Below, in pieces: positions 30,095 to 39,543 of a stretch of 64,000 bases of DNA (position 1 is its first letter; each line of letters opens with the position of its first letter). The translations under genes and the position numbers were made by a program. The notes below the pieces were generated by a model. It made no database searches. It saw only the letters and a list, made by a program, of their open reading frames with translations, and was not told the origin of the DNA. The stretch spans positions 285,051-349,050 of the IMG/VR virus record IMGVR_UViG_3300024999_000029; one strand, given 5' to 3'.

Positions 30095-31108
30095 ATTAAT
30101 CAAAAGGAATTTGAATATTGTAATATCCCATTATGGCACAGTAAAGGTTTCACTGGTAAAGGTGTAAAAATTGGAATATTTGATGAAAATATAAGCATCA
30201 ATATTCCTTTTTTTAATGGAAAAGTTCATGATCCATTTAATATTAGTTCAAATGAACAAAATTCTCATGGACAAAAATCAGTTGATATTATCTTACAAAT
30301 ATCTCCAGATGCAGAAATATACATATTGCCTCACTCATATCCTTCTATTTCACCTGAAAATTCAGGTGAAATAGAAGGACTTAAATGGGCTATAGGTAAT
30401 AAAATTAATCTTATTAATATGAGCATGGCTGGTATTGCTCCAGTACCGTTAGTAAAAGCAGAAACAGAAGCTTACAATAAAGGTATATTCTTAGTTTGTT
30501 CTTCTGGGAATGAAGGAGAAAATAGATTAACTGATTCTGCGAAACAAGAGCAATGGTTTTCTGTTGGTGCTTGTCATTTAATAAATGGATTACCAGTTAG
30601 ACAATCTTATAGTTCTACTGGAAAAGAATTAGATGTGATGGGTTTTAGTAATTTATATGTTAGAAGTTCTACTAATCTAAGTTATACATATCAAGTTCAA
30701 GGAACTTCCTTTTCCAGTCCTTTTATTACGGGAATGTTGGCATTATTTTATCAGTGGTTTAATCAAAAATACAAAAGACTCCCAACATGCGCTGAGACTA
30801 AAACTTTTATATATGCTAACTGTAAGGATTTAGAGAAGATTGGTTTAGATTCTGAGACTGGTCATGGATTACTGGTTTTACCAAGTGAAATTGATATGGA
30901 GGTAGAAATTGTGGAGATCAAAATGAAAATTGATAGTACTGATATTTATATTGATGGAGTAAAAGAAACTACAACCACCCCTGCTAAGTTGATAAACGGA
31001 AGTACATATTTGCCTTTAAGATTTATAACTGAAAAGTTAAAGGGAAAATCTATTAGTGATTTAAAGTGGAATAATATTAATAAAGAAGTCACAATAATTA
31101 CAAGCTAA
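30095..31108 (+). CDS. S8 subtilisin-like protease + copper amine oxidase N-like domain; probable ATT start
   Basis: Catalytic D (GVKIGIFD) and H (NSHGQ) lie in frame upstream of TTG 30326; S in GTSFSSP; GGAGG at 30083 precedes ATT 30092/30095. Confidence 0.75.
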   Translation: MNQKEFEYCNIPLWHSKGFTGKGVKIGIFDENISINIPFFNGKVHDPFNISSNEQNSHGQKSVDIILQISPDAEIYILPHSYPSISPENSGEIEGLKWAIGNKINLINMSMAGIAPVPLVKAETEAYNKGIFLVCSSGNEGENRLTDSAKQEQWFSVGACHLINGLPVRQSYSSTGKELDVMGFSNLYVRSSTNLSYTYQVQGTSFSSPFITGMLALFYQWFNQKYKRLPTCAETKTFIYANCKDLEKIGLDSETGHGLLVLPSEIDMEVEIVEIKMKIDSTDIYIDGVKETTTTPAKLINGSTYLPLRFITEKLKGKSISDLKWNNINKEVTIITS

Positions 31109-31252
31109 ATATATAAAATAATTTCATTTAAAAAAACAACTTCTTACAAAATCGAGAGGTTGTTTTTGTTTTGTAAGCTCAAGGGAATTATCCCTCTTCA
31201 TATACAGTTGTTAGTAAAACTAACGGATGTGAAATGAAAGGAGCGGGTTACA

Positions 31253-31550
31253 ATGACTCAAACAAAACGTAAAAAAGAAGGTCGGAAACAAGCAAGGAGT
31301 TTAAAAAAAATTATTATTCTGGAACGTGGTCGCAGATGTGAAATTTGTGGTTCAACAAGGGATGTATCAATATGAGGATTAAATCTAAAAAATATTAAAC
31401 TTTGATTGTGTAAAAAATGTATCAAAATTTTTAACTCAATTCGTACCATTGGAACAGGCATTGTCTGTTGTTAATTCTCCACTAAAATCAATTGAACTTG
31501 AGGAAACCATTATTTTAATTGAAAAAACGAATAAAGAATGGTTAGTTGGG
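31253..31550 (+). pseudogene. decayed HNH/Zn-finger gene at IStron insertion site
   Basis: RCEICGS...LCKKC with two in-frame TGA and a later stop/frameshift. Confidence 0.5.
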
Positions 31551-31609
31551 GTAACTAACAGTTAATAAAATCTTATAAGAAGTTATAAATTATGAGGTTA
31601 TTATATAAC

Positions 31610-31980
31610 TACGCCCCCTTTGTCGAGTAATTGGCATAGCAAACAACACATATATGCAGGTAATGCCTAAAGCCTTACACCACAATATGACTGAAAAGAT
31701 TATATGATGGGACGAAAGTAGAAAAAACGTAAGGATGGATATAAGGTTAAACCCTAATTATCTATAAACAATGGCTGTTCATGCAGGGAATTTTCTAAGT
31801 CTGAAAAGATATGGATTGCTCTCAACGACTATTCCGATAGGAAGTAAAACCACAAGCGATTGGTGGAAGAAAAGTGTTGCCCCTTAGAAATAAGGGTGGT
31901 GAAATAGTCTACGCTCATATGAAAGTATGAGGTTATTAGCGTGAGCGAAATGGCATTTATGAAGTAGCGTTCATAGGTAA
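31610..31980 (+). ncRNA. group I intron core of IStron
   Basis: gcaggtaatgcctaaagcc, catgcaggg, P7 caacGACTAt...aaaTAGTCt, GNRA-capped hairpins; boundaries approximate. Confidence 0.75.
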
Positions 31981-32053
31981 ATAGTATGAAAGTTATAAGA
32001 AAGCATATAAATCTTTAATAAAATTTATAAAACAAATTAACATCTGACAAATG

Positions 32054-32200
32054 TTAGTTATTAGAAACATAATTCTTTAAAATAGTAATAATTAAGTTAT
32101 TAAATGAACGATTTTCATGTTCGGCTAATTGTTCTAATTGTTCTTTTAATTCTTTAGGGATTGTAATTAAAGTTCTAGTATTGTCTTTAGAAATACTCAT
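32054..32200 (-). CDS. Arc/ribbon-helix-helix protein (48 aa)
   Basis: TRTLITIPKELKEQLEQLAEHENRSFNNLIITIL; GAGGTG RBS; divergent from tnpB. Confidence 0.8.
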   Translation of the reverse strand: MSISKDNTRTLITIPKELKEQLEQLAEHENRSFNNLIITILKNYVSNN

Positions 32201-32288
32201 AAATATCACCTCAATATAATTATAACATGATATAATGGTATTGACAAGGTGATATCACTATGATATACTGTAAATAAGAGGTGAGAGT

Positions 32289-33431
32289 ATGATAAAAGGA
32301 TTTAAAACAAAAATATATCCAAATCAAGAACAAAAAGAAAAAATAATTAAATTTTGTAATGCCAGTAGATTTTCATATAATTGGAGTTTAAATGTTGAAA
32401 GCGACAATTATGAACAAGGAAATAAATTTCTTAGTGGATATGATTTAGCTAAAATATTTACACAATTTAGGAATCAAGAAGGAAATGAATGGTTGAAAGA
32501 AATTCCTGCTTGCACTACTAAGATAGCAATATTTAATTGTGCAGAATCATTTAAAAATTTCTTTGAAAAACGTGCAAAATATCCTAAATTTAAATCTAAA
32601 AAACATAGCAAAATGAAATGTGCTACTAGATATGACAGGATGACTATTGAAGAAAAAAGAATAAAGTTAGAAAAATTAGGATGGATAAGAACAGTAAAAG
32701 GTAGGATACCTGTAGGAAATGATATAAAATATTCTAATCCTGCACTAGAGTACGATGGAATAGATTTCTGGTTTTCTGTAGGGGTTGAAATTATTGATAA
32801 TCAAGATAATGACAAACCTAAAACTGAAGCAATAGGAATTGACTTAGGTATAAAGCAATTAGGTACTTGCTCAAATGAAATGAAGTTAGATAAACCAGAT
32901 ATTAAGAAACAAAAAAAGAAACTTAAAAGACTTCAAAAGCAAGCAAGTAGACATTACCAAAAAATGATTGAGGAAAGCAAACGAACGAAAATCAAGTTTT
33001 CTCAGATTCCTAAATCAAAGAACCTACTTAAACTTGAAAAAGAAATTAAAAAACTACATATAAGAATTAATAATACGCTCACTACAAATATACATGAATT
33101 CACAACAAAACTTATTAAGTTAAATCCAGAAGCAATAGTAATTGAGGATTTAAATGTAATTGGAATGATGAAAAACAAGCATTTATCAGAAAAAGTTAAA
33201 GAAGCAAAATTCTATGAGATACGTAGACAATTAGAATATAAAAGCAAATGGAACAATGTTAATTTAATACTGGCTGATAGGTGGTATGCAAGTAGTAAAA
33301 TATGTAGTGAGTGTGGAAACAAAAAAGATAAATTAAGTTTGAGTGAAAGAATATATATTTGTGAAGAATGTAGCTGTATTATAGATAGAGATATGAATGC
33401 TGCATTAAATTTAAAGAAATTAGCTATATAA
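32289..33431 (+). CDS. tnpB: RNA-guided endonuclease TnpB
   Basis: HTH N-terminus, RuvC D (GIDLG), E (IEDL), D (DRDMNAA), Zn finger CSECG..CEEC. Confidence 0.92.
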   Translation: MIKGFKTKIYPNQEQKEKIIKFCNASRFSYNWSLNVESDNYEQGNKFLSGYDLAKIFTQFRNQEGNEWLKEIPACTTKIAIFNCAESFKNFFEKRAKYPKFKSKKHSKMKCATRYDRMTIEEKRIKLEKLGWIRTVKGRIPVGNDIKYSNPALEYDGIDFWFSVGVEIIDNQDNDKPKTEAIGIDLGIKQLGTCSNEMKLDKPDIKKQKKKLKRLQKQASRHYQKMIEESKRTKIKFSQIPKSKNLLKLEKEIKKLHIRINNTLTTNIHEFTTKLIKLNPEAIVIEDLNVIGMMKNKHLSEKVKEAKFYEIRRQLEYKSKWNNVNLILADRWYASSKICSECGNKKDKLSLSERIYICEECSCIIDRDMNAALNLKKLAI

Positions 33432-33453
33432 GCAACCTAACTGCTTAATATGG

Positions 33454-33634
33454 TATGTACCCTAACCGTTTAGGGGAGTTTAAGTCCTTGGAATCGCACG
33501 TCAAACTGGAGTAGCTTCGGCAAAACAGGCGATAATGAATTGGAAAGTATGAAAGTTAGGGAAATTATAGGTTTTATTAAAGATTTACAACTTTTTATAA
33601 CTTTTATATAACGGTATTTCTTAAATAGGGCTTA
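33454..33634 (+). ncRNA. putative omegaRNA (right end + guide tatttcttaaatagggc)
   Basis: gtacc...ggga.tttaag...gagtagcttcggcaaaa motifs typical of IS607 right ends. Confidence 0.6.
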
Positions 33635-33740
33635 TTTGCCCATTTTTTTTAAAATTACTTGAGAAATCAAGTTAATATAGATTGGAGGTGTTCATTTACT
33701 GGACATCTCCTTTTAATTATAAAAGAATGGAGGCTTAATA

Positions 33741-34307
33741 ATGAATGTTTTTATAGATCATATTATAGATTTTTTAAAAATATTAGGTAATAAAATAATT
33801 TTGTTTTGTAGTTTTATATTTGGAATATTATTATCTGCAATCGGATACCCAAAAGAGATATTGGTTTTTATTTTAGCTCTTATAATTATTGATTTGTTAA
33901 CAAAACATTATTCAATTACAGTAATTAATTATAGAAAATTTAATTTACAAAATTATATAAGAGCATGGCAAGAAAAAAATCTTACAAGTAGGGCTATGAA
34001 AATAGGGGTAGGTATGAAATCTATTTTATATTTACCTCTATTTTATATAGCTCATCAAACATCTATAATACCAGAAATTATTTATGGTCAAACAATATCA
34101 AGCGTTCTATATTCTTTGCTTGTTATTATTGAATCTATAAGTGTAATTGAAAATTTAGTAGATTGTGGTCACACAAAACTTATTCCATTTTTAAGTTTTT
34201 TTAAAAAAAAGGAAGAGGAGATAATTGGCACTCAAATTCAAGACATAAATAATTTGAATTTAGAATCAAAAGGAGAGGGTGACAGTGACTTACAAAGTAC
34301 AATCTAA
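33741..34307 (+). CDS. phage holin
   Basis: TM helices, LIIIDLLT, LTSR, IESISVIENL; upstream of amidase. Confidence 0.8.
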   Translation: MNVFIDHIIDFLKILGNKIILFCSFIFGILLSAIGYPKEILVFILALIIIDLLTKHYSITVINYRKFNLQNYIRAWQEKNLTSRAMKIGVGMKSILYLPLFYIAHQTSIIPEIIYGQTISSVLYSLLVIIESISVIENLVDCGHTKLIPFLSFFKKKEEEIIGTQIQDINNLNLESKGEGDSDLQSTI

Positions 34308-35067
34308 GTTTCTTGTGCCCAATGAACACCCAAATAGATGCGGAATTAAACTTACAAATATTTTAGGTTTGGTTATACATTGGACTGCAAATACAAGTAA
34401 TGGTGCTGATGATATTGCTAATGTTCGATATTTTGGCAGACAATATGAAAAAGATAATGGTAGATGGGAAGAGATTAATACTAATGACCCTTTTAGATAT
34501 GGCTCAGCTCATTACATAGTAGACCAAGATAGTATTCAATTATCTATTCCTGAAGATGAAGTCGCTTATCACGTTGGTGCTAAAACTTATACTAATTTTG
34601 CAAAACAAAAATTTACACAAAACGGAATATGTAAACCCAATTATTTCACTATTGGAATTGAAATGTGTGTAAATAAAGACAATGATTGGGACAAAACAGT
34701 TGAATTAACTGCTGAATTGGCTTCGGATATTATGCTTAGATATAAACTTAATATTGACCAAATAATCAGACATTATGATATAACTGGAAAAATTTGCCCC
34801 AAGCCTTATGTTGATAATCCTAAAGCATGGTCGGATTTTAAAGCGTTGGTAGCAAAAAAAATAAAACAAAAAACTATAGCAGAGGTGATAAATTTGTTTA
34901 AGGATAGTAATAAAGTAAGTGCATTTGCTAAATCTAGCGTAGAAAAATTAGAAAAAATTGGATTAATTAAGGGTGACAATAATGGTAATTTTAATCCAAA
35001 AAATCCTATAAATAGAGAAGAATTTGCTGTAGTTATAGATAGATTGATTAAATATCTTGGCAAATAA
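34279..35067 (+). CDS. endolysin, N-acetylmuramoyl-L-alanine amidase (Amidase_2) + SLH domain
   Basis: VIHWTAN, SAHYIVD, AYHVG, IGIEMC, RHYDITGKICP; GLIKGD.NGNFNPK.PINREE. Confidence 0.9.
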   Translation: MTVTYKVQSKFLVPNEHPNRCGIKLTNILGLVIHWTANTSNGADDIANVRYFGRQYEKDNGRWEEINTNDPFRYGSAHYIVDQDSIQLSIPEDEVAYHVGAKTYTNFAKQKFTQNGICKPNYFTIGIEMCVNKDNDWDKTVELTAELASDIMLRYKLNIDQIIRHYDITGKICPKPYVDNPKAWSDFKALVAKKIKQKTIAEVINLFKDSNKVSAFAKSSVEKLEKIGLIKGDNNGNFNPKNPINREEFAVVIDRLIKYLGK

Positions 35068-35091
35068 AAATATAATATTGGAGGGTTATTT

Positions 35092-35418
35092 ATGGAATAT
35101 ATTTTTTATATAATTGCTATATTTTTAATAGGATATTCTGGATATAGCATTTATAATATAGTCAAAAAAAATAATGGGTTTACAGAAGAAGGATGGAAAG
35201 AAGTCTCTAAAATTGGTTCTGAAACTATTGATGAATTAATAAAATTATATAATTCACGAAAAGATAAAACGAAATTTATATCAGATGTGATTAATATAAT
35301 TATGATAAAAGTTTATAAATTGCCAGATGATATTAAAGAGTTTTTTACTAAGGATCGGATTGAAATTATATTTAAACCAGTAATTGAAAAGTTGATTGAT
35401 AAATTGGATAAAAAATAA
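35092..35418 (+). CDS. small N-terminal TM protein (lysis accessory?)
   Basis: Single TM, after endolysin. Confidence 0.6.
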   Translation: MEYIFYIIAIFLIGYSGYSIYNIVKKNNGFTEEGWKEVSKIGSETIDELIKLYNSRKDKTKFISDVINIIMIKVYKLPDDIKEFFTKDRIEIIFKPVIEKLIDKLDKK

Positions 35419-35427
35419 TTGATACTC

Positions 35428-35473
35428 TAGGGGAAGATGGCGATTTCGGTTACCTCTTCCCTACTATTTTTTT
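35428..35473 (+). terminator. terminator ending the late arm
   Basis: taggggaaga...tcttcccta + T tract. Confidence 0.65.
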
Positions 35474-35576
35474 GTCTATTTTGGTTGTACCCTCGCCAAT
35501 AGCTAGAATGTTGATGTTAAAGGGTTTAGCCTCTCCCCTGTCATAATTTAAGATTTCTTATTTTCAGATAAACCAT

Positions 35577-35918
35577 CTATTTTGTTGTACCCCATGAGAG
35601 TCTTGTGTCAGAAATGATTGTTGAAGGTAATTTTCCATTGCTGTAGTTGATTGTGTATGATCCGTTAATTTCCACAATTATTTCTTTTATCAGTTCTCTC
35701 ATAAACTTGTTGTCTTTTATATAAAGGATATTGTATATATTACATTGTTTTAAAACTACTGAAGCTAATTCTTCTTCATTTATGAAACTTTTATTTATAC
35801 ATGCAAGTGTGCCATTTTTTAAACGGTTATTGCAGCGATAGTTTATTTGGTTGCGTTCTTTTCTACCTTTGTATGCGTGGTTGCAATTTTGACAGTGGAT
35901 TAGTGAACTGAATAACAT
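35577..35918 (-). CDS. stand-alone recombinase zinc-ribbon domain protein
   Basis: AGGAG RBS, ATG 35918; LFSSLIHCQNC...YRC...C resembles the Zn domain of the adjacent serine recombinase. Confidence 0.7.
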   Translation of the reverse strand: MLFSSLIHCQNCNHAYKGRKERNQINYRCNNRLKNGTLACINKSFINEEELASVVLKQCNIYNILYIKDNKFMRELIKEIIVEINGSYTINYSNGKLPSTIISDTRLSWGTTK

Positions 35919-35937
35919 TGATATCTCCTTAAAATTA

Positions 35938-36012
35938 TGGTGGATGCAATGGGGATTGAACCCATGACTTTCACGCTGCCAGCATGACACTCTACCGCTG
36001 AGTTACGCCCCC
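35938..36012 (-). tRNA. tRNA-Ala(GGC)
   Basis: Cloverleaf, G3.U70, anticodon loop CU-GGC-AG, GGTTCAATCC, encoded CCA; G4/A69 mismatch. Confidence 0.85.
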
Positions 36013-36025
36013 ATATATGTATATA

Positions 36026-37822
36026 TTAACCCGCTTCTTTGATATTTACAACAATTAAATTTTCTATAATCTTATTGGTAGTTAAAGGCACTTGCTTGCG
36101 CTCCCCGTTGAGTGCTTTTTGCATCCCAAAATCATTGCTTTTAATTGATTTTACAAACTCATCTATGTACAATTTAACATTAATACTTATTTTGTTTTTA
36201 TAAACAATAATCTCATCTACAATTTGTGAAATCATTATTTTTTTCTTTTCATTTGATGATATTTCAAACTCATTTTTCCAACTAGGGATAGATTTTTGTA
36301 AGCTAGTCATATCATCTAGTTCTATTTTTTTATCTTTAAATTTATCTTCCAACTCAATAATTTTAGAGTTAGTATCTTTTATTTCGTTTTCTTTCTGTTC
36401 CATTAAATTAGATAATTGGTGTGGTTTAAATTCACTTTTGCCCATTATGCTTTTAGTGACTTCTTTATTTAATATATTTAATTCTTTATAATTCTCTTCA
36501 TTTTGTTTTTGGAGTCTTTTTAGTGCTAACGTATCTTGTGAAATATTTTTAGTTTTAAATTTTTCTATTTCACTTATTAAATCAACTTGTTCAAGTTGCA
36601 CCAAATATTTATAAATTTCTTCCATTATTGTTTCTTCGATTTTAATTTTGGCATGAAGTGTTTGCCCATTACAATCAGTTTTACCAGTAGATTTTCCGCT
36701 ACATCTATAAAACACTCTTTGTTTTGTCATTACTGTTCCATCTTTATTTTCCCATTTTCTATTATTATAGGTAGTTGTTAGTGGAGATTGGCATTGCCCA
36801 CATTTTATGAACCCTACAAATAATAAGGGACTTTTTGTTTGAATTGGGAAGTGAATAGTGTTATCATTTTTTCTAGTCATAGTATTTCTTTTTTTTCTTA
36901 ATTGTTGTAATTTATCCCACATTTCTTCTTCGATTATAGCTAATTCAGGTATTTGAGTTGCCGATAATATCCAGTCATTTGAATTAATTCTATTTTTTGA
37001 TGCTCCGTCAGAAGATGTTTTACCATAAGACATATAGCCTTTATAAATTGGATTTCTTAAAATATAGTTTACAACAGATTCTCTCCATCCCGATTCTGTT
37101 TTAGATGGTATTTTAAGAGAATTTAAATATGTAGAGATTCTTTTACCTCCATATCCTTCTTCACATGCCAGTCTAAACATTTCTTTAACTGTTTTACTTT
37201 CATTCTCATCAATGCTTAATTTATGTAATTCCTTGTTCTTCTTATTTTGTTTCCCCGATTTTACTAATTCATAACCATATGGAGGTTTACCACCTCTAAA
37301 AGAACCCTCTTTTGTCATTTGAACATGGCTTTCGTTTACTCTTATCGATGTTTTAATACTTTCTCCGCTTGATGTCCAGTATCTTAAATAGTTTAAAAGC
37401 TTGTCTGTATGATTATCAAATTTTTGCTCTCCTTCTATTACAGACCATATTTCTATTCCTTGTTTACTAAACCATTCTACAACAAATGGCGTTTCGTCAT
37501 CTTTTCTTCCCAATCTGTCAAACATAAATACCAATAAAATATCAAATAACCCCATGCTCGCATCGGCTCTTACTTTTTGAAGTACGTCTCTGTCTTTCGC
37601 AGATTTTTTAAACCCCGATACTCCCATTTCATAATATTCTTTTACTAAGTTCCACTCTAATTGCTTATCAATAAACTCTCTACATGCGGTTTTTTGCATA
37701 GGTATATCATTATTATCCACTTGACCTTTTGTTGATACTCTATATAAACAAGCGACTCTTTTTACATTGCAATTAATTTGTGGGGTTTCCATTAAATATT
37801 CCTCCTTAGTGTAGCATTGCAC
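36026..37822 (-). CDS. large serine recombinase (integrase)
   Basis: YRVST, DRLGR, GGKPPYGY, ILRNPIYKG, Zn ribbon, coiled coil. Confidence 0.92.
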   Translation of the reverse strand: MQCYTKEEYLMETPQINCNVKRVACLYRVSTKGQVDNNDIPMQKTACREFIDKQLEWNLVKEYYEMGVSGFKKSAKDRDVLQKVRADASMGLFDILLVFMFDRLGRKDDETPFVVEWFSKQGIEIWSVIEGEQKFDNHTDKLLNYLRYWTSSGESIKTSIRVNESHVQMTKEGSFRGGKPPYGYELVKSGKQNKKNKELHKLSIDENESKTVKEMFRLACEEGYGGKRISTYLNSLKIPSKTESGWRESVVNYILRNPIYKGYMSYGKTSSDGASKNRINSNDWILSATQIPELAIIEEEMWDKLQQLRKKRNTMTRKNDNTIHFPIQTKSPLLFVGFIKCGQCQSPLTTTYNNRKWENKDGTVMTKQRVFYRCSGKSTGKTDCNGQTLHAKIKIEETIMEEIYKYLVQLEQVDLISEIEKFKTKNISQDTLALKRLQKQNEENYKELNILNKEVTKSIMGKSEFKPHQLSNLMEQKENEIKDTNSKIIELEDKFKDKKIELDDMTSLQKSIPSWKNEFEISSNEKKKIMISQIVDEIIVYKNKISINVKLYIDEFVKSIKSNDFGMQKALNGERKQVPLTTNKIIENLIVVNIKEAG

Positions 37823-37865
37823 ATCCCTATGTTAATTCAATCCTCAGATAATGTCAATAGGACTA

Positions 37866-38081
37866 TTATTTACTAATAGCCCTATCTATAAATTGCTTTG
37901 AAAGTAATTTAATTATTGAGTTTTCTATTTCTTTAGCATTTACTATTGAATGACTTGGGAAATTTATTTCAACCCACATTTTTGTTTTTTTATTAAATCT
38001 ACTAATATTTGATGAATCATCTTCATTTATAACTAAATTATATTTATCGCCTTGGAATTCTATAATTTGTTCATTATCCAT
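37866..38081 (-). CDS. hypothetical protein (possible RDF)
   Basis: Small ORF directly upstream of the integrase. Confidence 0.55.
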   Translation of the reverse strand: MDNEQIIEFQGDKYNLVINEDDSSNISRFNKKTKMWVEINFPSHSIVNAKEIENSIIKLLSKQFIDRAISK

Positions 38082-38592
38082 TTATAACCTCATCATTCTT
38101 ACATTTCTCAATAAATTCCCCTATGTAATAACCATACTTAACCTTTTTTAGCTTGCCTATGACCTCTATAGCCCCATAGTTTTTTATATCTTTTTCATTA
38201 ATACTTTTCTTTTCTGTTTCTACCATAAATCTGTTGAAATCTTCTATGTGTAAAAAATAAGTCTTAGCCACACTTCTCATATTGAAAACAAATCCAGCCA
38301 CAATACCTTTATAATTAATAGCCTTGGTTAATTCTTCTATCTGGTGTTTTTTTATCATTGGCGTTTTACCTGTGAAGCTGTAGCTAGTTCCTTTTGTACT
38401 TTTTAACTCCATTAAAAATAAATTTGGATAACTATACATAAGGGCATCGAAAGGATTTTTTGGAGCAAAGCGCACCCCTGTATTCTCTTTATCATTTCCC
38501 CACCCAATCGCAGGATCTATTATTCTTAGATAATAAACATCTGGAGGAATGCTATTTTTCCATGACTGTTCAAAAACTTTGCCGTCGTTCAT
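38074..38592 (-). CDS. recU: RecU-like Holliday junction resolvase
   Basis: GKVFEQ, NPFD, ELKSTK, KKHQIEEL. Confidence 0.8.
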   Translation of the reverse strand: MNDGKVFEQSWKNSIPPDVYYLRIIDPAIGWGNDKENTGVRFAPKNPFDALMYSYPNLFLMELKSTKGTSYSFTGKTPMIKKHQIEELTKAINYKGIVAGFVFNMRSVAKTYFLHIEDFNRFMVETEKKSINEKDIKNYGAIEVIGKLKKVKYGYYIGEFIEKCKNDEVING

Positions 38593-38651
38593 TTTTTACC
38601 TCACTATTTTATATTTTACATTATTGTATTACTATAAATTTGTATTTTTAA

Positions 38652-39161
38652 TTAAATTTCATCATCATAACTTAATCGTTTACCTGATGCTTGAATTTGT
38701 TCTTTGGTTAATTTAATATCATCTGAGAAGTGTGATATAGTTACCTTCTTTTTACCAGATAAAACATCGTCTGACCATTGTATAGGTTCAACATCTTTCA
38801 ACGCTTCTTCCATAGATACAAAAGTATGTTCTTTTCCTTCAATCATATCATTCAACTGCTTTATATCTTCTTCACTTAATTCATTAAAAGTTTGAATATA
38901 TTTGTTATTATTTTCTTTTTCTAACAGCCATTGTTTATATTCAACTTCTTCATTATCAATTTCATTTGATAGCCAATTAAAAATCAACGCTTTCCCATGA
39001 AGGATTCTTTCTTTGAACTCATCTGGTCTAGTCAAAAATAACTTATATAAAAATATATCTATTTCCTCATCTGAAACTTTTGTTGTATTAAACACAACAT
39101 TATTTTTAGAATCGTCGTGCCATATGTAATGTCCAGTTCCGTTTGGTCTTGCGTAACTCAT
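38652..39161 (-). CDS. hypothetical protein carrying the motif of the 15326 ORF
   Basis: EEALKDVEPIQWSDDVLSGKKKV. Confidence 0.65.
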   Translation of the reverse strand: MSYARPNGTGHYIWHDDSKNNVVFNTTKVSDEEIDIFLYKLFLTRPDEFKERILHGKALIFNWLSNEIDNEEVEYKQWLLEKENNNKYIQTFNELSEEDIKQLNDMIEGKEHTFVSMEEALKDVEPIQWSDDVLSGKKKVTISHFSDDIKLTKEQIQASGKRLSYDDEI

Positions 39162-39174
39162 AAATTTCTCCTTT

Positions 39175-39543
39175 TTATAATAATTGTAGTCTTTTAATAT
39201 ACTGTTGCGCTTCTGACTTCCGCATTACTCCTAACCCGACACATGTTAAACTTCCAGTAGATATTTCAGTCAATCCTAAATCTTCAATATAGTAAAATCC
39301 CTCTTCTTTAAGTTTTAATAAATCTTTAGTCTTACCTCTTAATATAATTTTCTTTTGGTTGTGGTTTGTATACCACTCTATAAATGTTTTCTTTCTTTCC
39401 ACCCATAGTTTATTTTCTTGAAAGCACAAACTATCAAGTGAAATAATGGTTGCAACATGAGCCACTTGACCAGCTATTTTACCGACAGACATATTTAATT
39501 CTGAATTTACTATGTAATATTGAACTAATTCGTCTCTATCCAT
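39175..39543 (-). CDS. peptidyl-tRNA hydrolase Pth2 family
   Basis: MSVGKIAGQVAHV, QKKIIL, DLGLTEI...LTCVGL. Confidence 0.85.
   Translation of the reverse strand: MDRDELVQYYIVNSELNMSVGKIAGQVAHVATIISLDSLCFQENKLWVERKKTFIEWYTNHNQKKIILRGKTKDLLKLKEEGFYYIEDLGLTEISTGSLTCVGLGVMRKSEAQQYIKRLQLL

Larger units (their letters stand above)
31551..33614 (+). mobile_element. IS607-type IStron (group I intron + Arc-like RHH + TnpB), no TnpA
   Basis: GG at both junctions (TGGG| ... AACGG|), subterminal TTATAA repeats, intron core, tnpB, structured 3' omegaRNA region; left end could instead be at 31542. Confidence 0.75.

Noticed and set aside
31253-31475. TGA recoding or alternative genetic code
   Set aside because: TGA and TAG end normal genes elsewhere (1464, 14244, 20397); the two TGAs fit pseudogene decay
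35919-35990. N-terminal extension of the 35577..35990 ORF
   Set aside because: Overlaps tRNA-Ala; RBS supports ATG 35918
35420-36025. Prophage boundary (attL/attR)
   Set aside because: Phage genes continue on both sides and no host genes are seen; at most attP lies here and could not be pinned down
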